Origin: Glycera tridactyla | Lineage: Eukaryota | Direction of reading: 5' to 3' | Length of the DNA stretch: 64,000 nucleotides | NCBI GenBank assembly: GCA_965644265.1 | Contig: OZ286463.1 | Location: forward strand, 97,216,001-97,280,000 | Part shown: one piece after another, positions 12,126 through 22,990 of the stretch | Layout: each line of letters begins with the position of its first letter | Position numbering within the stretch: the first letter of the stretch is position 1 | Program-made: the position numbers and the translations under genes | The notes under the pieces: generated by a model | What the model was told of the DNA's origin: nothing | Database searches by the model: none | What the model saw: the letters and a program-made list of their open reading frames with translations, nothing else

Positions 12126-13559
12126 TATCCATCAGTGCAGTGCATACACAGGACATGACTTGAAGCTGCCGCTACCCTGATCAAAACAAGCCAGGCATGT
12201 CCCTGCCGTTCCAGAATCAACCGCATTCAACCCACCAAGAAACATTCCTCTTAATCAATAACCTGGCGCTGCTTGATAACCATTGATGTTCTTTCTGTGT
12301 CTTCATCTAGCCTCGCATGATCAAATGTGGCTGAGATATGTCTTCTATCACAGTTAGTGCTGGCTGTATCAACCAGCTGTAGCTGTAGCAATGACACCAC
12401 CACAAGTACCACACTCACAACATCGAAATATACGGAAAAAACAACATGAGCGCAAAGGTACATTTACTCAATCAGCTAACTCAAATACCTGCATTTCGAC
12501 AAATTGACATAATATTGATGTTCACAATGAATTTGCTCGTCCTCAAAACTGACATGCTTCCTCATTGAATAATCATTTGAATCACTCCTTCTCCGGAACA
12601 TGAGGGCTTCACCAGTTTACTTGGAATTGGAGTATATCACCAGTAGTCTTCCCATCCGTACATCCTCTAAGAGCACTATCTCTAATCAGTCAATGGAGGC
12701 CCAGAACAATGCCGGGAAACGAATCAACTCTTGCATAACAGTGAGAATGTATGGAGATCGAGTAGAATGAATCAGATCCCACTTTGTGATTCTGCCATGT
12801 GATATCACAGGGATCCCTATCATGCGAATATGATGATACTATTTTGTATGAGCGATCTATTTTTAAAAAAAGCCAGACTGTTCAGTGATCAGCATAAAAA
12901 CGAGATGATCAGTGGACGAATTGAATTGTCTCAATTGCCCATTGGCTCAATATCCAAGATGGATAGCTTTGTTTTGACATATTAGCTTGAATACAGATAA
13001 CACAAAGAACATGTGATATTGAGAAAATGTTCCTGCCAGCGCCGCCCAGGAAGAACATATCCGACAATGATGGCATGAGAATGCCTAAACTCTGAGAATA
13101 AGATTCTCCAAGCATACTCTTCGCTATAGAATTTCTTATCAAAGCACAAGGTCACTCGTCGTGATTACGAGTCATACATCCCCAACACGTTTGGTACTTG
13201 TTCCTATATCATATTCGCCATGGATATGCATACTTTGGAAACCACAAAAGAGCAATAGAGAGCATTGGTGATGGTAACTGTTTATGTGGATGAGAAGTAT
13301 ACCTCTGTTTCGCTGGATCGACCTCCTGTGTGTACTTAGGCAGGTCTCATAACGGGTCGCTATTCGCTTTATTTTATTGATAACAAGTGCACGAGATAAC
13401 TACGAGGGCCGGTCCGTAATGGTGCATGCTTATGGCTGGCTCCACACCCAGCCCATCTGAACGTTTCACGAATCACACGATAAACCACATCCATCTCACT
13501 CCTTCGTTGATAATGATTCGGATGTAGAATCTTTGATGTCAAGTGTTTATTCTCAATAG

Positions 13560-14060
13560 CCTGTTCGCTTCATGTTGCATCCCTCTCTTTCTTTCTGTCG
13601 TTTCTGTCTCCCTTTTTCACATTATTACTTTCACTCTTTTGTCACCTTTTGTTTCTGTACCCTTTCTTGGTATGTCTGTCCACCTGTTTGTCTATCTGTC
13701 TGTCCGTATGCCTGTCTGTCTGCCAGCCAGTCTGCTGTCTGCTCGCCTGGCCGTCTGTCTGTCTCTCTGTCTGTCTGTCTGTTTTTTTCTGTCTGTCTGT
13801 GCGCCCATCTACCTTCTAATGTATGTATCCCCCATCCTTGCCCCACCTTCCTGCCTTTCTCTATCCTCTTCGCTATCTTTCCTGTGTTCTGTTCGCCCGT
13901 CCGTTTATGTATCAATCTGCACGCACATCCGTCTATCTGTTCACCACTCACTCGATTTCTATTCCTCTGTCCGCCTGGCTGCCTCTCTGCCTGTCCGTCC
14001 GTCTGCTCGTATTACGATCAGCCCATTTGTCTGTCCACACTTCATTTTCTCTCACAAACA
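13560..14060. repeat. (CTGT)n-rich low-complexity pyrimidine tract
   Basis: Directly visible. Explains ORFs at 13543-14149. Confidence 0.9.
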
Positions 14061-14345
14061 CTTTTTTCCACCATCACTATCGCTCGCGCAGAACGTCCCC
14101 TCTAAATCAATGTTCACACAATAGACCAGACGGCTGCGTGCTTATATAATACTATATTGGCAATCAAATACCAATCAAACCCGCCATTGTGTTCAATCTG
14201 CAAGGAAAATCAGATTAATGTGAACAACCCTTTGATTACCTATTCAAATTGATGGCCTTCATTGTATTGCGGCGCTGATCATTACTATATATCATATATA
14301 CATCGGTTCACACATATCCTTTCTGAGCCGATGAACATATCTCTT

Positions 14346-14520
14346 GCCTTGATGGCTCAGTGGTAGCATGCTGGGCCAGCGTGCAATGGGTCTGGGGTTC
14401 AATAACTGGTCCTACCATGCAGGAATGTGTCACCCTTCATCTTCGCTCCTCCTTGGCAGGTGGTCTGATTTAGCCTGCTCAAGTGCAGAAAGTGGACCTA
14501 AAACCTTAACATTTCATTTT
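14346..14520 (+). mobile_element. tRNA-derived SINE (single diverged copy)
   Basis: Pol III A-box TGGCTCAGTGG at 14353-14363 and B-box-like GGTTCAATAAC at 14396-14406 with tRNA-like spacing, then a ~110-bp non-tRNA body ending taaaaccttaacatttcatttt. No canonical cloverleaf acceptor stem. Confidence 0.7.
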
Positions 14521-14691
14521 CCCCTGATAGATGACACCTCATTGATGACACTATCTTCAACTGAAACTTGACAAGCTGATGCACTTATTGTATTCGTCCC
14601 ATGTTTGAAGACGATGCTAGTAATGGTATAGGCAATAGTGATAATAAAAGTGTTTGATATGACAATTGATACATATTGGTAACAATATGAA

Positions 14692-14744
<53 letters not shown>

Positions 14745-14800
14745 GTACCACTACTACGACTATTACTACAACTACTCTCAGTATCAATACTATTTTCACT
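14692..14800. repeat. (ACT)n microsatellite
   Basis: Directly visible. Explains the poly-T and poly-V ORFs. Confidence 0.95.
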
Positions 14801-14864
14801 ACTGTCTCCGAGTGCTCAGAGGCAAGCGTAGGTGCGCCAAATCTGATAAACGAAAGATGTAATC

Positions 14865-15161
14865 ATGGAACAATATGAAACCCATGAACAACGTGTAGCA
14901 AGGATAGACACGAAGCTGATCATCGATGAAGTTGAACTGAACAACCATTTTGTTTCATCGCATGGGAAATTCAAAAAGAGATTGTCACTTGATAGTAGTG
15001 ATCAGATCGGCAATGGTGAACATGTGCATGCTGCTGGGCTGAGATCGGATGACAAGGAAGATGGCCAAGCAAGAGCAAGTGAAAGAGAGCTTGACCCAAA
15101 AATCAAGCCCGAGGCGGCCAATGATGACACCATGCAGCAAGATCAAGTGATGCTGGCATAG
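14865..15161 (+). other. Unidentified 98-codon ATG-initiated ORF with charged, hydrophilic composition (possible exon or TE-derived fragment)
   Basis: ATG in aatcATGg context; MEQYETHEQRVARIDTKLIIDEVELNNHF...; not low-complexity. No recognised domain. Confidence 0.2.
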
Positions 15162-17982
15162 GAAAAGACGAATTCAACGGACGCAACGGACGCACGGGTA
15201 AACAGCATATTCTGTCACCTCCACAAAACCGGTAGACTCTAGTTCTAGATTAGATTACACATATTTCCTGAATAGTAAATAAATCACATAGAGGAAGAGT
15301 GTCAGAGGCTCAGGTGAAGTTGCAATACTTGTCGATCATAGAATGGAATGAACAAGAGCCAGACAATGTAGAAGAACCGAAGAGGGTAGAACTTTAACCA
15401 TTTAACCAGTGAATATACTATCTATATCATAGGTGTGCATCTCCTCTGGAAAATAGCATCGACGCAGCAAATGCTGACTAAGTATTCAAATATGAAAGTA
15501 AAAAATAGACTTGGTTTAACTTGGTGGGGATTTCAATGCTGGGGCTGGGGAAAGCTTGGTCGAATTCAAGTTGTAGACAACATCCCAGAAAGATAAAAGG
15601 ATTGACCAAAACATAAGTGAAGGCATTTCACTGATGAATTTTACCTACAGACAAAAGTATGTATGCCTAATGGGTGTGTCGCCTTCTCAAATAAAAGTGC
15701 ACTGATGAAGTGGTGAAAGATGAGACCCATTTTGTTTTGAAAGGTGCCAGGTACACAGAAATCAGGCATGCCTTTTGGGGTCAATTGTAATAGTGGAGAC
15801 GACGGCTCTATGAAGTCTCCATCGTCCAGGTCATACTCAAGATGACAATTAGTATATTGGTTGAAATGTTTGAGGAACCTGGAGCAATAATGTATAGTAC
15901 ATTGTGTTAGAGATGAGCATCAGGCCATAACAACATCAAGACCATAATGAACTCCATTTTTCGCTCAGAATTATCTTCATAGCTAGCATACCAGAGCTGA
16001 AACCACTGAGAATTTCTCATTAGTGATTGCTGACCTACATTGTAAATGGATATGTACATGAAGAAACTATCTGAAAGCCATTGCTGACCCATTATCTACT
16101 CAGATGGCAGCATATTCACAGACCTACTGACAGCCCCCCCCCCCCCTTAATCTCTCAGAATTCATGACCATTATTTCACATCTGCTGTATATTCCTACAG
16201 AGTTGAATGGGACTGAGCATAATCTCCAACTCAAAACAAGACCATCTACTGCTTTTCCAGTCAGATAGTCTTGGTGACATTCTGCTCAAGTATGTGGCAA
16301 AAGCGAATCTCTCAAACTTTTAAAGATATCTATTTCCATGGAATATGATAATATCTCTAACTTCCTCATCAGTGCCCACCACCCTGAAATCTGACACAAG
16401 CTGTTATGAGAATGAGGTATGCATCTGAATTATGTTTCGTCAATTGATCAATTATACAATAGTCATAGAATGAAGCAATGTCATTTCTCTGAAGTATGTA
16501 TCTTATCTGATTGAATTAGTACAGGACACTAGTATCAAGTTTCGAGTAGAAGGGTTCCACTCAGTGTCTCCACATATTTATCAAAGATGCGTTTGGTGTT
16601 GGTTATCGATACGTCTACGAATCCTCTCTCGCTATGTAGGGAGACTTCACATACGCACTGGCTTGGCATCAGTGAGAATACAAGGTTATAGTGATACCTC
16701 CACCATAACCCCACCAAGGCAATCTCTGACATCTAAAAGTTGTACCGGGACCTTTTCGTTGGGAGCCCTTGATGTGTCGAGTACATGCAGTACAGATGAG
16801 AGACGAGCAGAATTCCAGTCATCGGCTTTATTCCTCCAACCAATACTACATGGTTACAGCATGGCTTTGAGGAGGGTTGAGGAGCGCGACCAAGATCCCA
16901 ACAGCAAACGACCAGCTGCTGACAAATGCCCAGTGGTGATCTGCTGCTCAACTCTCCTTCACACATATTTATAGGATGGTTTAGCAACCACCTGACATTA
17001 CAAAAGTACCTATAATTGGATATTACCTAACCATAATCCGCCGTTGGAGGGCGCCTGCAACCTGTGTTTCACAACCACTTTACAACATGGCGACCGGAAC
17101 TTGTCCATAAAATGTCGCGGTTATTGCACAATCTACTCGTGGTTGTTGTCATAGCTTCTGTGTTAGATAACCCTAATTAATGTGTTTTAAACTGTCAAGT
17201 CGGCCATTTCTGGGATTCCCCGACGTCTGGTGAACTCTTCACACCATAACAGGTTTCAGTACACATTCCTAGTCTGTTCAATTCAATTCCCATTGAGTTC
17301 ACCATAATTTCCAACCAGAATCGTATGATTTTCAGTGGGGTTCATATGAACACCATAATTTTCGCTGAGATATTGTTGAAAAGACAGGCACAGATTTGAG
17401 CCTAGTAGAAATTTCAAGGTTCGAACACAGAATAATGCAAAGCCTTATATTAATGTAAGTTGTATATATCATGAGGGAGCAGTCCGAATTGAGAAGAGAT
17501 GATGTGTCTGAAAGACCTTCGGTGGGTCGGGGCACCACTGTGTACATAGTGAGATGTAATGAAGTTGAATTCAATCAAGGATATAGTGATATATGAAATG
17601 TTTGTGATAACATGCCGTATTCATACCTTCCCTGACATGGTCATGGAAGAACCAGCTCCTTGTATATACATCCTAATGTATAATTGAATATATAGATTCC
17701 CGGGGTCCATCACCTGGCGGCTACCTCCGGCTCACGGAGAGACCACCTATAAACCCGACTATGAAGTTCGAATGATGCTTGACAGCATCTTAGGTCAGAA
17801 TATATACATATATAACATAACATAACATAACATATTTTTATTTTCGAGTCATAGGTCGAGTACAGAGAATACAGTGTTAGATAAGAATACAATCAATCGA
17901 CCCCCGGCCCCTGACGGGCCTACGAGACTCGGCACTTCTTAAGAGGTTGCTTTATGATTTAGTAGCGTTATTACAGCATATA

Positions 17983-18160
17983 CAGTCGAACCTCCTCTAA
18001 AGACCACCTCTCTATAAAGACCACCTCCCTATAAAGACCGCCCTGAACTGCGACCATGGTAATATTTTCTACAGTAAATGACCTCTCTATAAAGACCACC
18101 TCCCTATAAAGGCCACTTTTTAGTGCGACCGAGGGCGGTCTTTATAGGGAGGTTCGACTG
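17983..18160. mobile_element. Tc1/mariner-superfamily (pogo/Tigger-like) MITE, 178 bp
   Basis: Terminal inverted repeats CAGTCGAACCTC...GAGGTTCGACTG, extending imperfectly to ~27 bp; TA on both sides (17981-17982 and 18161-18162); internal repeated motif TATAAAGACCACCTC; non-coding. Confidence 0.9.
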
Positions 18161-18178
18161 TACATATATATATATATA

Positions 18179-19305
18179 GGCCTCACTTCAACCTTCCCGA
18201 CCACAAGGGCAAACATGACACCATCATACATATACTAGATTTCATTTATGCACACCCAGAATCCAACCTAGCTTCAACCCTACGCGACCAGATCGAATTT
18301 GATTGGATACACCGACTCCAACTGTCATGCCTATGGACATCAACACCATGGACAAACCAACTGAAGGATCCAAGTGGATACACCCCCCCCCTAGTAAACC
18401 CAGGATCCATACAGCCAAATAGTACCATACCCCTCCACTCTGGGCCCTGCCATCCCATTGCAGAGCCTCCTCTCTCTTCCCCTCGACCCACCCCCCTCTT
18501 TTCTACCCTCCCGCCCCTTAGCCGCCCTCCGGCAACCCTTTCGATGTAACTACGAGGACCATGGAGAAAATTACACTGTCTTGGTTTTTTTTTAATTTCT
18601 AAATTGACCAACACCACACGGCCCCCCAGCCCCCGCCACCCCCAACAGTACCTCACTCCATGGGAGGAGGATACCTGGGGCACATCGCCTCGTCTTTTTT
18701 ATTTCTTTATCTCACTTACCCCAGGTACCCCCCCCCCCCCTCTAGCCCCCAGCCGCAGGGGGGCTCACGCCGCAACACACAGGCCATGAGCCAGAGCTTG
18801 GCACCACACAAGTTGGCCCCCCAGAGCAAAGGACCTCAGCCACCCCACAACTACTTTTAGAGCCGTTTGGGAGTACACTGGCTCCCAGTTTCATTGACTC
18901 CCCCTCGCACCACTACCTAGGAGGTGGTAGCTCACCCATCACGGATAGCCCCGAAGGGAGGCTCAAAATGGGCCCTTATCCCCCCTTTGGAAGCTACGCC
19001 CAAGCATGCATGGCCTTCCAGTCATGCTCGAGCACGTTCCTGATGAGGGAAAAATTTTCCGAAACCAAGGCCCCGCAATGGCTACCCACCCACACTTGAC
19101 AGGGATTCTAAACCCAAGCCCATTTGGTGAACCCCCAAATGGTCCCCCTGCCCCGTGAGGCGTGTGACGTCAAGCCCAAGCCGTTGCTAAGGGGGAGAGT
19201 GTGTTGCATATATAAGGCATGGAACAACGCGCTTTGTTCAAACCTCGGTGAAACGATCCCCGGAGGACCCTTGCCTAGTCCGGCGTGACATTCGTCCACC
19301 ATCTC
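18179..19305 (+). mobile_element. Penelope-like element (PLE): GIY-YIG endonuclease C-terminus plus pseudo-LTR / 3' region, bounded by (TA)n tracts
   Basis: Frame from 18184 reads HFNLPDHKGKHDTIIHILDFIYAHPESNLASTLRDQIEFDWIHRL, then after a frameshift TVMPMDINTMD. This matches the PLE GIY-YIG tail pattern HFNxxxH...RxxxExxWIxxLxTxxPxGLN. The ~1.1-kb block is GC-rich, has a TATA-like TATATAAG at 19209-19216, and is flanked by (TA)n at 18163-18178 and 19306-19397. Confidence 0.85.
19012..19072 (+). ncRNA. Hammerhead-ribozyme-like core inside the PLE (possibly degenerate)
   Basis: CTGATGA (19040-19046), a 5-bp stem II GGGAA/TTTCC with a 4-nt loop (19047-19060), then GAAA (19061-19064). Upstream GTC (19021-19023) and GGCCTT/AAGGCC could form an imperfect stem III. 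Stem I does not close canonically. Confidence 0.4.
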
Positions 19306-19323
19306 GATATATATATATATATA

Positions 19324-19397
<74 letters not shown>
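19306..19397. repeat. (TA)n microsatellite
   Basis: Directly visible. Confidence 0.97.
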
Positions 19398-19879
19398 CGT
19401 TCCTAATTCGGAAGTATTATACCCATGATATTCTGACGAATGGAAAATTAGATTGATCGGAAACAGCGTCACATTGTATGCGATACATAGCATTCATGGG
19501 ACTGCTTGGTAACCAGTGATTAATGCATTGCCGTAAAACTGAGATCTGAAATGCTGTCCTTGTCCATTCTTCGGATAGCACCAACCTGGAGCTGATAGCG
19601 TGAGGGTGTGTATGTCAATGAGTGTGAATATAGGTAATGCATTTCCCATCACGGCCTGACAAGGTACATGAATCACATTCGTTCACTCCATTGGGCCAAC
19701 AAATCTGATCTGACTCGGAACGATTTATTCTCGATCGAGATAACAAATAGCCGATAACAGAGAACACATACTAATTCATCTTCTCTTAACACGGGGAAAC
19801 AAATATTTCATTTGGGCTTGAGTTCGAGAAAAAGTCATCGAATACGACAGAACCATCTTAGGAATACTCCAAACTCCAC

Positions 19880-20380
19880 ACCGGATCACAACATGAGCTG
19901 CAATCACCGGCAACACCATATATGTCATCCGTACAATTCCGTGGAGTCGATATAACTTATATAGACAATTGTCGTGCCCTTTCCTTTCTTTTTATGTGGC
20001 CGCCACATCGTAGTTGAGCAATACGTGGCAGTAGGTCTTTTTCGTTTTACTACCATGATGTTCAAATGATGGCCTGGATCCACAATTATTCTGAGGTATT
20101 TGAAACTCGACACTAGCTCCTGGCCAGGTTTTATACAGAGGCTGGTATTGTTATCAACAATGCTATTCGCAATTTGATGCTTCGATTGTGCTTGTAGATT
20201 ATTCAGCCCATGAAATCGATCCTGGAATTGTATGCGAATCAGGGAAACGACAACAGCTCGAAATATACCAATGAACATGAATGTGATTTTGAGTGAATAT
20301 TTTGAGTATATCACGCCAAGAGGCCAGTATATTTTCATTCACCTTTGCAACCACAGATTATGGAATCTATGAGGAGAGGC
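19880..20380 (-). mobile_element. Degenerate LINE RT fragment, Rex1/Babar-like
   Basis: IFRAVVVSLI (~FADDTAVVGLI), ELVSSFKYLRIIVD (~ERVSSFKYLG) and VYISYIDSTELYG (~FYxxxIESxLxY). Clade assignment is tentative. Confidence 0.6.
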
Positions 20381-22779
20381 TGGAATTACTACACATTTGC
20401 GTACTGTTGTGCGTACGGCGGTGCACTTGACCCAAGCTTGACCACAAACTTGTTCATATCACACGCCATAATATAATCAGTCATGGAACCAAGGTAAACC
20501 ATTTTTATCTCTCTCGGCCTCAAGGTGGTTAGAAAAAAATCAAGGTGGTTAGAACAAATTACTTATATGCATGTCGAGTCATACTTTGTCGTGATCGGAG
20601 AAGCAGAAGTGATGATGCACGAAAAACTCACATTGGAACATTATGGACGACCCTGAAAAGCATATTCCGCCGTCGAAAGAGTATCTGGATGTCAATGTCC
20701 GTTGACAGGCAGAAATCATCAGATATGCAAGCAGTATTTATTCAACTGTGATTGAATTATTCATTTTATCAGTGAATATCATCCGAACACACAATGTATC
20801 TATTCTCCCTACGTTTTATGAGGTTACTCATCTTCTCCATCTACAACAATTGAATTTGGTGGGAATTGAATTGCATCACATGTTTTTTTTTCAATGCATA
20901 AGTGCGTTTTGCATGAAACATGTGACGAATGAAATTGATGTTGCTCTATTCTATCCTATCATCGAAACAGTTTTATACACATACAACCATACATGCCCTT
21001 TTTTCTCAGATCAATGAAGAGATTCACCCAGCTACAGTCTTAACAGCGAGAGCATGATAATCGCATGATCCAGATAGAATCAAACTCGGTCGTCGAATAT
21101 TCAACAACATGATAGAGCTCCATGAAAAGAGGACTCGAAACAATGGAAAATTGTCATTACATACACAGCTCAGACCTTGTTTTGAAAAGCCATTGGACTC
21201 ACTGAGAATCTGTTCCAGATCAGTCGGGCAAAGTGTTCGCTCAGGTATGCTCAGGTATAGCGCTAATTCATATTCACCATTATGTCACCATCATCAAACA
21301 ACCTACGAACGTATGTGACAGAGATTCAGTATAAATAGTATATTTCATCGGTGCATTTAGTCATCATTGAGTGAGTGAAATCCGAGGAAGTTCCCAGATA
21401 ACGATAGCTCTACACTGAATAGCGGCCATGACCACATGATGATTGTAATATGGCAAGTATGGCCAAGCTACGGGATATAAGTACAGCCTAGCCTGCCTTG
21501 ACGAGCCACCCATGGGAAGCCAAGGGGGGGGGGGGGGAGGGGGCAAAGAGTGGTTACTCAAGACAGGTGGTTGTCTGATACATGCAAATCATGACAAAAT
21601 GTACTCGGAAAATTGAACAATTGTTGTTGAGATCAAGATGTTGCCCAGAAGCAGTGATTGCTTGATTTAGGCCGGAGTATGCTTTATGTTCCTCGTTGCA
21701 AGTTGGCGAGGAAGGAGTGTGCTTGGCGATCAGAGGTGGTGCCTCATCAATAAACTCTACGGTGTCTGTCGGCTTGGAGAGATAGAGTAGCGGGATAATG
21801 CCGTTATGTAATATACCAAGCAAGCCTAAAAGCCAAGGCTGATGATGTTACACTGGCTGCCTTCCTTGAGAGCTCCATCAATCAGCCTCGTCTCCATCAC
21901 CAACAGGGCAGACCTTATCATCACCTACACCTCCTCCCTGGTCAATGGTTACGTTACGTGTCACTGGCACACTGCCTGACTTACGCACGCACACTGGTGT
22001 GAACACACACTCACGCACAAACATATGCACACATACGCAAAAACTCATTTGAGCGATCTATATACACTCACCTACTGAAAGGGATGCATTCTTATAAACA
22101 TACATAATTAANNNNNNNNNNNNNNNNNNNNNNNNNNNNNNNNNNNNNNNNNNNNNNNNNNNNNNNNNNNNNNNNNNNNNNNNNNNNNNNNNNNNNNNNN
22201 NNNNNNNNNNNNNNNNNNNNNNNNNNNNNNNNNNNNNNNNNNNNNNNNNNNNNNNNNNNNNNNNNNNNNNNNNNNNNNNNNNNNNNNNNNNNNNNNNNNN
22301 NNNNNNNNNNNNNNNNNNNNNNNNNNNAATCAACTTCTTCATATTTTGCTGCTACTCTGCTGTCGTCGTCCTTGTCGTCTGTCCGTCGCTGCCACAGAAA
22401 TCGCTAAACGACACAGTTCCGATGGGGAGAACAGAAATTGGGTGTGCAAAATGAAGTAGTGTGCTGTTATGAAATGGAGGTCGAAGATCTCTGGGAATCC
22501 AGCAGGAGTGGGTGACAAGGACATCAATCGAGTGAATATTACTGTCTAGTATCTGCCAAGAGCCATCTCTTCTACATGATACCAACATATGAATTGGCGG
22601 ATTAGCGCGCTATCTGCAGCTACCCACGCTTCTTCACTGAGCAGTATTGTTACAAAATTGGCCGACAAGGCCCTATTCAGATTGGTGACCAGAGTGGATT
22701 AGATTTACCATTGATCACCCGACTTCGACCCTACCACACCTAACCACATGACTTGCAAAAGTTTGGATAGGCGACTGGC

Positions 22780-22990
22780 AAAAGGCATTGATTGTAGTTG
22801 CAGATATTTAAGCCCATGGAGCCAATCCAGTAATCAGGGAATCAGGAAAATGACAACAGCTCAAAATGTACCAATGAACTTGAATGTGAATTCGGGCGAA
22901 TTTCTTTTGAGTATAGCATGCTGAATGGCCTTTATGATTGCATTCACTTTTGCAATCACTGATGATGGAATCTATGTGTAGGTTGATTTC
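22780..22990 (-). mobile_element. Second diverged fragment of the same Rex1-like LINE family as 19880-20380
   Basis: gacaacagctcaaaatgtaccaatgaacttgaatgtga...cattcacttttgcaatcactgatgatggaatctatg aligns with 20248-20370 (gacaacagctcgaaatataccaatgaacatgaatgtga...cattcacctttgcaaccacagattatggaatctatg). Confidence 0.75.

Noticed and set aside
17080-17100. acaTGGCGACC resembling an LTR end plus primer-binding site
   Set aside because: No recognisable LTR pair or downstream gag.
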